From: Tubulanus polymorphus | Taxonomy: Eukaryota > Animalia > Nemertea | Length of the DNA stretch: 64,000 nucleotides | Assembly: GCF_964204645.1 (NCBI RefSeq) | Contig: NC_134027.1 | Location: forward strand, 10,324,485-10,388,484 | Reading direction: 5' to 3' | In this document: positions 1 to 20,605 of the stretch, one piece after another | How the letters are laid out: each line of letters starts with the position of its first letter | Position numbering within the stretch: position 1 is the first letter of the stretch | Notes under the pieces: model-generated | Told to the model about the DNA's origin: nothing | Seen by the model: the letters and a program-made list of their open reading frames with translations, nothing else | Databases searched by the model: none | Translations under genes and position numbers: made by a program

Positions 1-3000
1 TTAGAAGCAGCAGCAGCATTGCCAGTATTATGGCTGTCCTTTAAGAAGGCAAAGCAAGAGGATACATACATAAAAGCGCGGGGAAAGCTGAGGAAGTGAA
101 CATCGAAAATTGATTAATCATTTTAAGCTTTTCGTATAATAGCTAGATTATATAGGGTTCGTTCAGATATCTCTACATTACTGACTGACCTTTCTGGTGT
201 TGAAATCAGCTAGAACATCACCCCTGTTGTCGCGCAGCGGTGCACCAGCTCCGGGACGACCCCACGGATTTGACGCATTAGCTTCAACTTTAGCGAGCTC
301 AGCTACAAGTAGAAAAGAATTTCACATCATGATCTACGAAGATACCAGAACATGTTTAACCCTCGCTACCCAAGTCTTTTCTAGGACTCAGTTCAACAGT
401 TTTAAGTTGAATTTGATTCTAGAGTAGACATTTACTATACGATTCCAATAGTCTAACTGTAGAGTCAAATAAAACTCATAACTGTGGAACTGGACCGAAG
501 AGCTAATCCTTATATTCAGATCTAACATCATAAGTCTTGGTCAGTGTTCTACACTAATATCACTAGCGATGATTTGGGAATTGTAAGCATTCACTGGATG
601 GATAGTTACCCCGTTCTGTCTCCCATTGCAAACGCTTTTTCTCAGCGACAGTCAGATATTTGGGAGGAGTAACTTTTTCTGCTACAGGCGACGGAGCAAC
701 GGACTCAATCCTGAAAATGGACAGAATCTTTAGCAAATACAATATCAGATATCCCTGCATTTGCGAATGGGACATAAACCACAATATTTTGACATTTAAT
801 TCAACATCGATATCATCGTCCAGATATGTAGTAATAAATTTCATGTATTTTTGATACGAGTCAATAGATTAGGCATCATGGATTTCAATCATAAAGGGGT
901 TAAGAAAGGAGCATACCTTGATGCTGCTTTCAATGAAGCCGACTCAGTCATATTGGTGGATTCTTTATCGGACTGCAATTTTTTCAGTAGATTCAACACA
1001 TTTTCCGGTTCATCTTCCTCTACTTGTTCCTCATTGCCTGGAACGTTGTCTTTCTCATCTACTTTATCGCCTTCGTCGACTTTGGTATCTTCCTCTTCTT
1101 CAACCTTTATTTTGTTTGTTTCCTTGTCTAAATTGCATACGAAAAAGAAAAACATTTTAGATAATTTGATCCAAAGATCGATTCGCATTCAGCAGAATAA
1201 TTTCAAATACCATTTTTCTTATGTTCAAAATGCAGAAAATATTCCTAGGATCTTGCTTTAAATGGCAATATTTCTAATGCAAATACATTATCCAAATAGT
1301 TCAGCAAGTGGAATGCAAGAGCTCAGTCTTTCAACAAAACTTCTGGTAGGCCTAATGAAGCCATGCATCCAATTCAAGGCAAGGTTAAGGAGCCAACTAC
1401 TGTATATATAATATCATATTCTAGATTCGAGTCAGTACTTACTAATCAATATTATGCTATTGTACTGTGGTATAATGAAAACCTGATAGTCTTTTGTTGA
1501 TCCGAGGCCATTAGCAACTAACTGCATGTATCTTTATTCTCAATACTGGGAATTGAAATTAATTACTGCAACTAACTATTTTTATTCTCGATACCGGTAA
1601 TCGAAATTAATAACTGCACAAATCAGACCAAAAGCTACACCTTTGAATGTACAACAACATACATATATGACTTAAAGTGGCAAGTGAGATAGCAGGAGAC
1701 CTCTTGTTATAGGCCTACCTGGATGATGAACAATTGTTGCACAGATTTTAAATAATCTAGCAAGAATTGTCCGTACCAATTAAACTTCAACGACCATATT
1801 TGATGTCAAATATAATGTGCAGGTGAGTATTTCTGAAGAAAAGTGCTCATTAAATGTGGGTTAGGGTAGCCTTTAGTTTCTGGGAACAGCATTTCAATTT
1901 ATATTCCATTTGAATTGGACGGATGGATTGGACTTATTTGCCAAATGTTAATGCAGTAAATGATCCACCTACCTATGCTAATATGTAACGGATTTTCTTT
2001 GGTTACTTTGGCGATCGAAGTAAGAATTGCGCTCAATTGTTCCTGAGTCAGAGTTACCGTCCCTGGCTGGATTTCGGCAGTGTCTGGCGTAGCCACGTTA
2101 TCGGTCCTCGTTTCCTGTTTGCGTTGCGATTGCCGTTTACCAACAGCAGTGGTTTTGCGAGCCGGTTTAGCGGCAGTCTCCTCCGGAGCGGGTGCTTGTT
2201 GTTTCGCTTTCGCTCCCCGAAGTGGGAATTTTTGTTCTCTGGTTTTGTAATTGACTTTTTTCGATTTTTTGACATTACGATCTGAAAAAAAAGAAGGAAT
2301 TGGCCTCTAGATCTCTTCATATTACCTTTGCAGTATCTACCTAAAAAGCAAATTCCCCGAGGTAAACATACCTTTCTCCCAAAATATCTGTGCTTTCCCA
2401 CCTTGTGTCTTTGTCTCAAATCTGATTGGTGCACCGCTGAAATCAAAATAAATGAAATGTTGAATAGGCCTACAGTCATTTTATAAAAGCAAACCTACAG
2501 CTTCATGGAAAATATCAGGATTTCTCACATTCTCTGTCAGAGAATTTCCAAGATTTTTCAAGGTCAATGTACAATGACATTCATAAGCAGTTTGGCGATC
2601 ACAAATCTGGACAAATTAGAATAAGATTTCTTAAACTTTAACACCGCGTGTGCATATTCACCATGGATTCTCCATACTGCATGACTTTTCATAGATTTCC
2701 TAAATTTTTCACATTTTTGAATAATCATTCAAGCAGATATCCATTTTTCACATTAAACTGATGAAGCTAGCGCACGTTTATGTACAGGAATTAACTACAA
2801 CAGCAGTCATGAAATTGAAATTCAAATAGCTAGATGACACACTATACATTTCACTGCAGAAAAACAACAGGTTTCAGTTCAAGTAGTGGTGTTGTGAGAA
2901 AATGTTTAAGAAAAAGGTGAAAAAAGGTGATAACATCACGCTTGCATTGGATACTGCCGGCTAAAAAGGGCTGTAGACACTGAAAGGGTTAGGCCTATGC

Positions 3001-4691
3001 TCTATCATCTTCCTGACAAGTTGGGTACAGAAATACATGCAGTACCCAAGATAATAGCCTAATAAGGTACTGTAGATGCAAATCTTTTTACCCCATGCTG
3101 GGTAGGCCTACCATGTTTCTTGATGGGTAACTAGGACACAGGGGTATGAAATTAGTAGTGACTGGAATCTGGCTATCTTAACACCGGCATAAAAATCACG
3201 GTGAAGAGAACCCCCACTAAATTCGAGCAACAGGAGTACTCTGGTAATTGCATATCAATCATGTCAGCTCGTGGCATAAAGCCAGTGCCAAAAAATGTGT
3301 GTCCGATGATTCAGCAAGAGATCAGTGCAGGATTGGGTGTATAATCACTTACTGACACTAGAAAATAGATTATCTATTCCGATACAATCCTACTAGACCT
3401 AAAACAAATGCATCAAACAAATAAGATGTTTATTTCCAAACTTCATGAACTTTTTTGATGCCGTAAAAACCATTACAATAATGTTTAATTAAATATACAT
3501 TGATACTTAGAATCACGTGACAACGGCCAAGTCAACTAAACGGTTCCCAGAATTCACTCTGACATCCGAGTTGACTTGGAATCTCACCATAACGAATAGG
3601 GTAATACGTATTCATTGATTGACTAATTCGAATGGGGAAGTATTAAACACCGTCCAATACAGACCAAAACCGTCTAATACCGACCAAAAGCCACCCAACC
3701 AAAATTCCTGGTCACATTTGACAGTGAGGATAAAATCAGCGGAAATCATGCCCAACCCCAATCCTTCGTCGAACGATCGAAGATGGAAAATTATTTGATA
3801 TTATCTGTCCGATTGCCGGCCAGTTTTTGAGTTGGTCAGTATCCGAATTTACTTATGGTGGCGAGTGGTTGGTATTATTTTACTTTTGGTCTCTAATAAA
3901 GTTACTTTTGGTCGGTATCATAGTTTACTTTTTGTGGTTGTTACAATTTTGGTTGGTACTAAATTTACTTTTGGTCGGTATTGGACGGTTTTGGTCGGTA
4001 TTTTGAACCACCGATTCGAATGTGGCTAATTGACTAATTCGAATGTGACGAATGTGGGTTTGATAATGGGGAAATATTTAATAATTCACCAGCGATATAT
4101 TATTCCTACTCCAATCATCTGCCATGTTTTATAATAACATTTTCCCCCCTGTCTTTGTAGGCTGTACTATACAGAAAGGCAGGAAACGCTCCTATCTCTG
4201 TAATGCTTAAATTGGACCACGGCATGGCCATGGTTGGGTACATTATCAGCCCGTCAGTAGTGCGAAAACCAGTGGAAATTTGGTGTATCTGTTTTACGCA
4301 TCATCGGTTATAATGATTACGATGCCGAACCCCGGTGAATGGAGATATTTTATCCACAATGCCGTCTTGGTCGCTGGACCGATCGCCCACTTTCCAAAAA
4401 AAATATCCTCCATATTTTGTTATAGATTACGATGAATTTAATCATTTTCAACACACCAGCAAGGTCAAAGCCCATATTCAAGTGCCTGTGACTGATTATT
4501 TGAGATTGTGGGATTTTTTGGTCGTTTTACTGTTTTTGACTGAGAGACTGAGAGAATGATTTTTTGAATTGGTTGGTATCTCAATCTTCATTCATTATAA
4601 ATTTTCATTTGAAAAGCTAAATTTATCATCTTCATTTCTTATTTGCAGAGTTTAATGAATGTAAGATCATCGATACTCACACAGCACTCAT
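1..4691 (-). CDS. CCDC66: CCDC66-like coiled-coil centrosomal/ciliary protein, 5' part (multi-exon, runs off the left edge)
   Basis: Exons joined at GT-AG: 4691-4681 (MSAV), ~2437-2373 (GAPIRFETKTQGGKAQIFWEK), ~2282-1973 (...KFPLRG...VTLTQEQLSAILTSI), ~1128-889, ~711-610 (LTVAEKKRLQWETER), ~303-190 (NPWGRPGAGAPLRDNRG), and ~38-1. The N-terminus and LTQEQL motif resemble vertebrate CCDC66 (GDGLKLETELLDGK; CLTQDQLQQIL). Confidence 0.6.
384..496. mobile_element. MITE, GG..CAGTTCCACAGTT terminal-inverted-repeat family
   Basis: Ends ggactcagttcaacagtt...aactgtggaactggacc. A better-preserved copy is at 51009-51119. Confidence 0.55.
3630..4015. mobile_element. MITE-like inverted-repeat element with repeated GACCAAAA subterminal motifs
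   Basis: The left arm gaccaaaaccgtctaataccgaccaaaag is the near reverse complement of the right arm cttttggtcggtattggacggttttggtc. Confidence 0.55.
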
Positions 4692-5637
4692 ATTTGCGTT
4701 TGCGAAGATCTGTAGTGGTTTTATTCACGAAATTTTCGAGAAATAAATAAATTAAACTTTATTGCCCATTTCATTTCAATCCGTCGTTATGGTGTTAATA
4801 ATGGGTAGCTCCGAAATTATACAGGTCTCGGAATCCACTTCGCTACAAAAACTTGGGAATCAATGTTGGGTAAGAGTACAAAATGTGAAATGATTAGATG
4901 AAAGCTTTTATCTCCAGATCGGAAATTAATTGCTCTTTTGAAAATTAAGAAGTAATAATGTGTCTAAGCTTATATCAATAATGCGATTAGGCTAAACAAA
5001 TTGATACCTTGTTTCTCTTTTCTGCGGAGCTGAAAGTTACCCGGCCGGATTTAAATCAGGCTAAAACAATAGACGCGGGGCAGATAAAAATGAACTGGTT
5101 TTATTACAAATAGATGTTACAAATTTTATTGCAGTTTACAAAGTGACCCAGTCGATTGGGAGAAACTAGGAATCATTAAGTCTTAAGTCGAAATTAACGA
5201 GCCCTGCAGCTGCTTTGACGAAACTAATGCCGTAAAACCAGAATAGCCGATATTCACAGATTCGAACTCGAACAAGAATAGCGATAAAAAGATAATAAAA
5301 GTCCCCAGTAATATCGTTTAAAGTACTAGGATATTATATTGCATCTGCACATTATATTCTATCTGTTTCGATGACATTCATGCCATATTTTTATTAGGAA
5401 CTGCATTCAACTGTAACATCAGTTTTGATCCGAATACCGCAGAGAGAAAAGTAGCCCTTTCAAGAGTAACGCAACTTAATCAATCCCAGGTTACGAATTA
5501 GCATAAACAATTGTTCACGATTAGGTAGATGAAATCAGGCACTGCTACACGAATATAGATACCGGTATGTTAACATCATATAGAAAACAGATCAGATGCT
5601 TCTCAATAAATTGGTGCTTTGTGAAAAATAGCGATAG

Positions 5638-7213
5638 TTAAGAACCAGCAAAAGTTAATTGTCGGTAGCTTCCCGTATATATGGTTTTGCCACAATCGTC
5701 TTTAAAAAGGCAATATACTTTCTCGAAGTTTTCAATTATTTCGGTGGTTCTGATTTTCGAACTCGCCTCAGCACCCAATACGTAAACTTCAGTTTTGCCA
5801 ATTTGACCAATAGAGGACAAATCGACAGGAGGCCCGACCGACGGAACGATCATTATCAAATCCGGTGCCATTGCCACGGGAACGTTCGTGTCAGACGGTA
5901 TTGCCATCATAAACTCGTTCATGTACCACAGCTTCATCCTCGAATTTCCTCGTTGGTTTTCGATCGTCAGATGTCCCATATCTCTGGCCGAGTTGTCCTG
6001 TAACACGTTGCAAATCACCTGACCACGAAAGAGAATCTTGGATCGTATTCCATGCGTAGCCAGAGCGTCGATGATCCGATCTACTCGTTCGTGGCTGACG
6101 CACGTTGACAAGGCCTCGCCAACGGCTATCGCTTTACTATATGTGCCCCAAATCGGAATGTCGAGGAGCTGGTGCCCGCGGGTAACGTATGTACCGTAGC
6201 CGACGTAAGGCGTGAAATGCCCATCAGGATCGATAAGTAAGTCGGCCAATAGTTCTTCCACAAGACTTTCTTTACCGCGAGGTAAATCCATTGTAACGGA
6301 TGCAACGCTTGACAGATCGTCTGCTTGTTGCGGGGAAACGACAGTAGACGGGCTGACGTTTAGTTTATTGGCGTAGGTTATCATGTTAACGAACGGTACT
6401 GCGCGCCCCGCACCGTCACCGTCTAATACAGTGACACCGAATGCAGACGATAAAAATAAAGAGGTGGCAATATTAACCACACCTAGTTCGCCGGTTAGTA
6501 CGTATTTGAATCGCTCGAAACCATTGAATCGGGGATAGTTTCGCAAATCGCTCGCTCGCATTCGGCATTGTGACTGTATATAGTTGAACGTGTTGGTGAC
6601 TGGAACGACGGGGGAAATCAGTGCCGACCCGTCAACTTCATCGGTTCCGACATCCCAGCGCGAGAAAAAATTCAACCTTTGAACCCGTCGGACTAGTTCG
6701 AAGAAATTGCTTTCGCCTTGATGAGGCAATGTTCTATGCGAATGTGATGGATCTGCGAGTCGTAACCCATCGATTTCGTCGCGCACAATTTTCGCGGCTT
6801 TCTGATTTCTGATCGATGCAATCGCAAATTTCCAACGACTCTTAGCGCTATAAACACTACTATTTGCCTTAGCTGCGGAGTCCGCTCCTGGCGTAGACTT
6901 TTCCTTCACCTTAGATGGGGAACCAATCAGAGCTATCATAACCATCCAATCAGATTCAGACACCAGACATCCCGACTGGATAATTGCAGGACCTTGCATT
7001 TTCTCGGTCATTTTCCTAAACGTATGAAATGAAAAGACGATCATATATACTTTTAAAGCTATATGATTATAAGTGAATATCAGAGGTGTTAGTCATATTT
7101 TTTATCTTACGGTACCTCGCGAATAACAATGGTCCACCACCACCACATCCGAGAACAACCGCTCCCTGGAGAATCTTATCCGTATCATGTTTCGTTACGA
7201 TCCGCGTGCTCAT
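5638..7213 (-). CDS. DUF917-family protein (S-methyl thiohydantoin desulfurase-like), two coding exons, 491 aa
   Basis: Exon 7213-7116 ([33 protein letters not shown]), a phase-2 GT-AG intron at 7115-7016, then exon 7015-5638; total 1476 nt in frame. Family motifs: LGxGGGG, IGSP, ELGxx[27 protein letters not shown]. Confidence 0.8.
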
Positions 7214-7257
7214 AGTTATACGCCTATTGCAAGCAATGATAAATATCATATACAGAG

Positions 7258-7507
<250 letters not shown>

Positions 7508-9473
7508 TAGAGGACAAGCATTTGGACAAATAAGAATTCAAATTTTGATACAATAGAATTGATTGATTGAAAATGCCATATATATATTTGATCGCTTATG
7601 GCAAGGTATTTTCAGGTGTTATCAGAAGATGAGTGCCTATCCCTCATTAGAACATATAGGTTTTATCACCATGGCTTATCTTATGATTTGAGGAACTTAC
7701 GCCTACCTTACCAACGGAATTCAGCTATACTGGCGTTAGCGCCTAATGTGAATTACGAATTGATTTGATCGCTAAGTTTTATTATGCAACTTTGTGTAGC
7801 AATGTTTCGATGCCACATGTATATTTCAATTCAGAAAATATAAGTGAAATTAATAGGCCACGCAATTCAAGATATGTAGAATGCAAATATAGGAAAGGTC
7901 GGTCGAAATCTAATTGGGGTTTAATGTAAGCCGATAAAATCTATTTGAACAATTCAATGACATACTAGTAAAATTATGCCACTTTTCGTAACATATCCAC
8001 AGAATAGGAATGCACAGAATATGAATGAAAACTTTCGAAAACGACCTATACCATAGACGCTGATACGAGGAGTCCATCCATAAACTAAACCATTTTTGGG
8101 TTTTAATCGCAACGATTACCTGTAACCTCTACAGTGCATCCATTTTCACTAGTAACTTACCTCTGGTACACGACTTTTCCGCAAATAATCTGCACGATTT
8201 ATTACAGTGTAGTCTTCAATCGTTCGGCGGGTTTTATTGCTGATTTCTACGTCGTACCTTCCAGTTCCATGTATGATTTTAGCGGAAGTACACGAATAAA
8301 GAATTCCCCTGCCTCGTATTGATCTACCGCTGCTAGTACTAATTTTCTAATTAACTCTGAGTATTTTTTCCTACGAAGCGACTAAGCCACTGTTTACTAC
8401 CGATAGTCACAATATCTTTTCATTACATTCCACGATGGAAAGCGAATATTCATGCGAACTTGGAGGCTGTATTGTAGATTTTAGTGATGCAAAAATATAT
8501 TTACTTATCTGCCAAAGCTGGTCACCTCAAAAACAACAGCCAACTAATCAATCAGTTTGATTGCTCATTCATTCGATCAAACAATCGATTTATTATTTAC
8601 AGTTTCAGCAGGATTTTCATTTCCAGATATAACGACCTTTATAGCGATCACGTAAACCGCCAGACGGTAGGTTACACGTCGCATCGGCGCATATCCTAAT
8701 TGTGATGCGATGACATGTTTCTGACAATAAACATCATTGAAGCCTTCCTCTGGTGGAAATTATTTTACATATCAGTTTGGTAAAACAAAATGATTTATTC
8801 TTCCATGAATTGGGAAGTGAATACAAGCTTATGATTACGCTATGTATTCAATTGACCCCGTCATTCTGTCCAATGTCAGAATCATTATCATCTTCCGGGT
8901 ATAGAACGACATTCAGAGTGTTTGCAAACATCACATGCAGATTGAGTGAAATTAAAAAATCAAGATTTCTTTTATTGTTCAAGGCAAGATGATGTCTCGA
9001 AAGGTGATTAAACATGTATATGTGGAATTCTCACATCTATGCGTTGTTCACAGTCATCGCTTCGTGATAAGTTACCGACCAAACCGTTTTTCCAATCACA
9101 GCGTGCCAAATTGAAAATCCCACTCGCTCATTTTCAAGGTTATATACGGAACCCCGGAGGGGACATACGAAGTAATATCTTTGTGACAGTAAAATTATTG
9201 TAAATGATTTTTAGAAATTATTCCAAACCAACGACCTCATAATGAAACATAATAAGCTTATTTATCTACAACGTATATCTAAAATTTCTTGTTCTTCAAT
9301 CGATCGGTTATGTTTATATATCACTTTTTTATCTGATTTTTGCGTCAGTGAATTCAGGACGATTAGTATTGATCTTGCAGCGCCCCAGTCAATGATAATT
9401 GCGTTGAAAATTCTGTCGCCGGCGCAGTTAAAGCACACGAGATCAAACCGAAAACTTGTCTACGACGCGGAAA

Positions 9474-10508
9474 ATGCAATTTCTTCATTTGAACATCACC
9501 ACAACCACGACTGATACCACGACCCGACGAATGCGCTGTCGGGAACAGAGAGGAGCGCATATTGCCTTCGTGATGTACGTTTACGTGGGATTTCCGTTGG
9601 TATGCCTAGGCTTTGTCCTCAATTCCATAACCTTTGTCGTTTTAGGGAGGATACATCACACTTTCCATTCGCTTTACTATTTACTTCAATTTCTCAGCGT
9701 GTCAGACTCCGCGTTTCTGTTACTGTCATTTCTCGAAGATCAGTTGCATTTTTTGGCTGCACTGCGATTGTACGCAAACGATTATTTGAAAGTTAGATTC
9801 GGTCAAATCTTTCCAACGTTGCATATGGTCGCGCAGCCCATGCGCCACTTCACAAAGGAATTACGCAATAATCTAACCGCTTTCCTCGGGATTGAACGTC
9901 TCATAAAGATATCTTTCCCGTTGAGGTCGCGACTGTGGTTGACGAAAGCATTTTGTAACGTCTCTCTGGTAGTCCTTGTAATCGTCATGATGGGCGCTAA
10001 TGTTATGAATTTTCTATTCAAAGACGTTGTTTACAGGCCACGAACATGCCCATACGGTAAGCCTGGCTGGGTGATGATAAGGTTATCGAGTGGCTTTAAA
10101 AAATGGAAATACACGGCAATAGCAAAACCACTATTCGAAACAATTTTACCCTTGTCCGTATTAATATTCACTAATACGATCTTGATCTATAAGATATTTC
10201 TGTCAGCTCGAGTGACCAAACGACTCGGACAAAACAACAAAAATCCGATCGATAGCGCAACGAAAACTTCGTTCGTTATAGTTTCTGTTTTCTTTATTTT
10301 TGAATTTCCTCACGCCGTTCACCATATTGACGCTCGACTGTTTCAGGATCGCGTTAATAAGTTGATATCAGAGCATCTCGGCGTACATCTTCCTATGTTA
10401 GCAAGAGTTCTGTCAATATTCGATTCGATTTGCAATTTTTTCATTTACATCTTCACAAACCCGACGTTCCGAAAGAACCTGCTTACAATTGGCCGTATTC
10501 GGAAGTAA
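9474..10508 (+). CDS. Intronless class A (rhodopsin-like) GPCR, FMRFamide/peptide-receptor-like, copy 1
   Basis: Seven hydrophobic segments, with GFVLN in TM1, LSVSD in TM2, ERL at the DRY position, FEFP in TM6 and CNFFIY..NPTFR in TM7. The first ATG is at 9474 (the ORF track start is a TTG). Confidence 0.88.
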   Translation: MQFLHLNITTTTTDTTTRRMRCREQRGAHIAFVMYVYVGFPLVCLGFVLNSITFVVLGRIHHTFHSLYYLLQFLSVSDSAFLLLSFLEDQLHFLAALRLYANDYLKVRFGQIFPTLHMVAQPMRHFTKELRNNLTAFLGIERLIKISFPLRSRLWLTKAFCNVSLVVLVIVMMGANVMNFLFKDVVYRPRTCPYGKPGWVMIRLSSGFKKWKYTAIAKPLFETILPLSVLIFTNTILIYKIFLSARVTKRLGQNNKNPIDSATKTSFVIVSVFFIFEFPHAVHHIDARLFQDRVNKLISEHLGVHLPMLARVLSIFDSICNFFIYIFTNPTFRKNLLTIGRIRK

Positions 10509-10845
10509 AATAAATTTGCCAATTTGCTTTCCGAACGATATGACCGACACTTCCTGTTTGTTCATCGGATTTTCGAGTGGTGAGCTATAAGATGGATTTT
10601 TCCCAGACTTAATACTGACTTGTGAAATTATCTGACTGTAATATTTTGAAATGAAATTGAAGATGCTCATCATCGTTATTATTCGATTATTCACTACACT
10701 TCTAACTAAAAAATAATATATAACGTATTATTCTCGATACATATAGCACAACTCGGGGGTGAAATATCATTAGCCTGAAAATCGTTGATACTTAGATTAT
10801 TTTGCACGGGCTTTCACACCTTTCCCGATATCGGATTATTGATAT

Positions 10846-10880
10846 CTTGGAGTAATCATTTGACAAATGATTGCTCCAAG
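10846..10880. repeat. 35-bp palindromic hairpin element, copy 1
   Basis: cttggagtaatcatttg-a-caaatgattgctccaag differs at one base from the copy at 47641-47675. Confidence 0.8.
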
Positions 10881-11624
10881 AATAAGTAAACCGTCATTAT
10901 GAAAGTTAAAGCCAGCAGAAGCAGACCTAATGATCACAATTTACATTTTGAATCTATAATGTAAAATCTATAGGACAATCGGCCAAGATTATAATGGTGG
11001 AATCGATCCCAAAGTCTATAAAAATTATGATTATCGTGGTAATTCCTTTATTCGATATTTAGCTAATCATCATATTGTTTTTTTTGTGAAACTGGGCGTG
11101 GTTAACTTTGCATCAAAACCTGACGGGAAATCATTTTTCGCTCTCAAATGAAAAGGATAAACGGGACCTATCCGTATTCGCGAATTTCGAGGTCACACGC
11201 TTCAATATCGTATTTGTGTCCGATTTCCCTCGAATCTAACGAATGTAGTCTGTGCAGATGCGTGCGAGCCATCGGTTACAATATTAGAATAACAAATCAT
11301 GACAAACACTGTGGATGCATTCGACGTCTGATGAGATTCATTTTCAAATCCAAACTGACACGGACGCGGTTGCTTTGTTAGTCTCAGCGGTAAAAGCATG
11401 TCAATTCAAGTTGATCCACTGGCGTCATATATAGATATATACGTACATACCTACTTATATACAACATATACGAGTGATGGCTTTTGAAAATAAGGACATG
11501 TAGCTCTATGTTTAATGTTTGTTCGTAAAACTCCTTAAATCGTTGCTGCCATTGAAAGATTCGCCACCACGTTCGCTAAGATAGGCAGGCAATAAACAGA
11601 TAGAACAAGCAAATTGCCGGTTTC

Positions 11625-11815
11625 CAATCAATCATTCTATTAATCAATCAAATCAAATTTATCATTTGCAGAGCTCCCGTTTCATTGATAACACTGTTCA
11701 AAGGCTCTGGTGAACTCTTTTGAATAGAAAGGTCTTAAAGTTTTTCCCGACAGTTGGTACATCCGGGGAGCAGCTCTCAGGTTAGAGGCCAATGAATTCT
11801 ACAGGATGGGGTGGT
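11625..11815 (-). mobile_element. Degenerate 3' fragment of an L2/CR1-type LINE
   Basis: On the minus strand an (ATTG)n-like tail follows a decayed ORF2 C-terminus-like stretch (..NSL...LR...KTFLF). Confidence 0.4.
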
Positions 11816-12304
11816 CGTCACGTCCTTGAAAAGTTGAGGGTTTTCAAGCTATCTATCTGCACACGTATAAACTCAATACACGGCTACAATGACAATCTCC
11901 GAAGAGAAAACAACATAGTTTCGAAAATATTTCTCTTTATTCGGAAGAACGACGACAGAAAACTCTGTTGATAGTTTGACAGCACTTGTCTGCCGTGCGA
12001 ATTTTCTGTGAACCCTCTCTTTCCATCTCAGCAGCAACACAGTTAATACACACTAACGGTGACAGATTCTAAATCAGTTTTGTCATTTTGTTTGACCTGG
12101 TACATTCGAGACAATGGTTCGTGACGATGAACTGAATTTACGTAGAACATAATAATACATTTACATTTGCTATGGTGATGTCAATCTTTCTTCTGAAAAA
12201 ATAAATCACCTTTTACATCATATACCATACGTTTATATACATATATATTTCTAAGTACTATATTTGAGTTTAGTTTGAAAATTATATTCATCTAATGTCG
12301 CTGT

Positions 12305-20047
<7,743 letters not shown>

Positions 20048-20288
20048 ATTTTCCTGAAAGAAATGAAAATATCGAATAAAGAAGCTCACACTTCACCCGG
20101 TCCTGGAAGTGGTCGCATCCACACTGATCTCTGTCGCTCTACGATCCTAGTGTACACAACATCGGACACTAAGGTTCTCGGTGAAGGTCACACACGAGTC
20201 GTTGGCTTCGTGCCTACGAAAAAAAGTGTATAACTTTCTGAACGAAGATCATGTTTGTCTAACATTATTTCAACGTCTCGCTAGAAGT

Positions 20289-20605
20289 CAATATAACTAT
20301 AAATCTCTTCAGTAAAATTGCTAGAGTTTTATTTTCATTCCCTAAGTATCATTACCGAAGCTACTTGGAATTCTATGAATTAGACTTCGTTGTATAGCTT
20401 CGATCATAAAGGATCTCGCTACTGTAATATGTGATGAAATACGATTTGTGCCATTCGGAGCTCGTTTGTCAGTAGTTAGGGGGGGGGGGGGGAATTGTCG
20501 ATAAGCCACCCTATTAAAGGTTACAGTTCTCATAACTTCGCTGGTTGATGCTCGAAGACAGTAATTACGAAATTGCTATCAAAACGTGATATTGCGGAGA
20601 TTAGA
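20289..20605 (+). repeat. Diverged local duplication; second copy at ~23794-24195
   Basis: Both copies share atataactataaatctcttcagtaaaattgc and gctcgaagaca.taattac...tatcaaaacg.gata blocks in the same order. Confidence 0.7.

Noticed and set aside
2054-2479. 141-aa basic ORF on the minus strand
   Set aside because: It is an alternative frame overlapping real CCDC66-like exons and crossing introns.
11322-11370. CTGATGA followed by a short stem, possible hammerhead
   Set aside because: It has CAAAC instead of GAAAC, weak stems and no supporting context.
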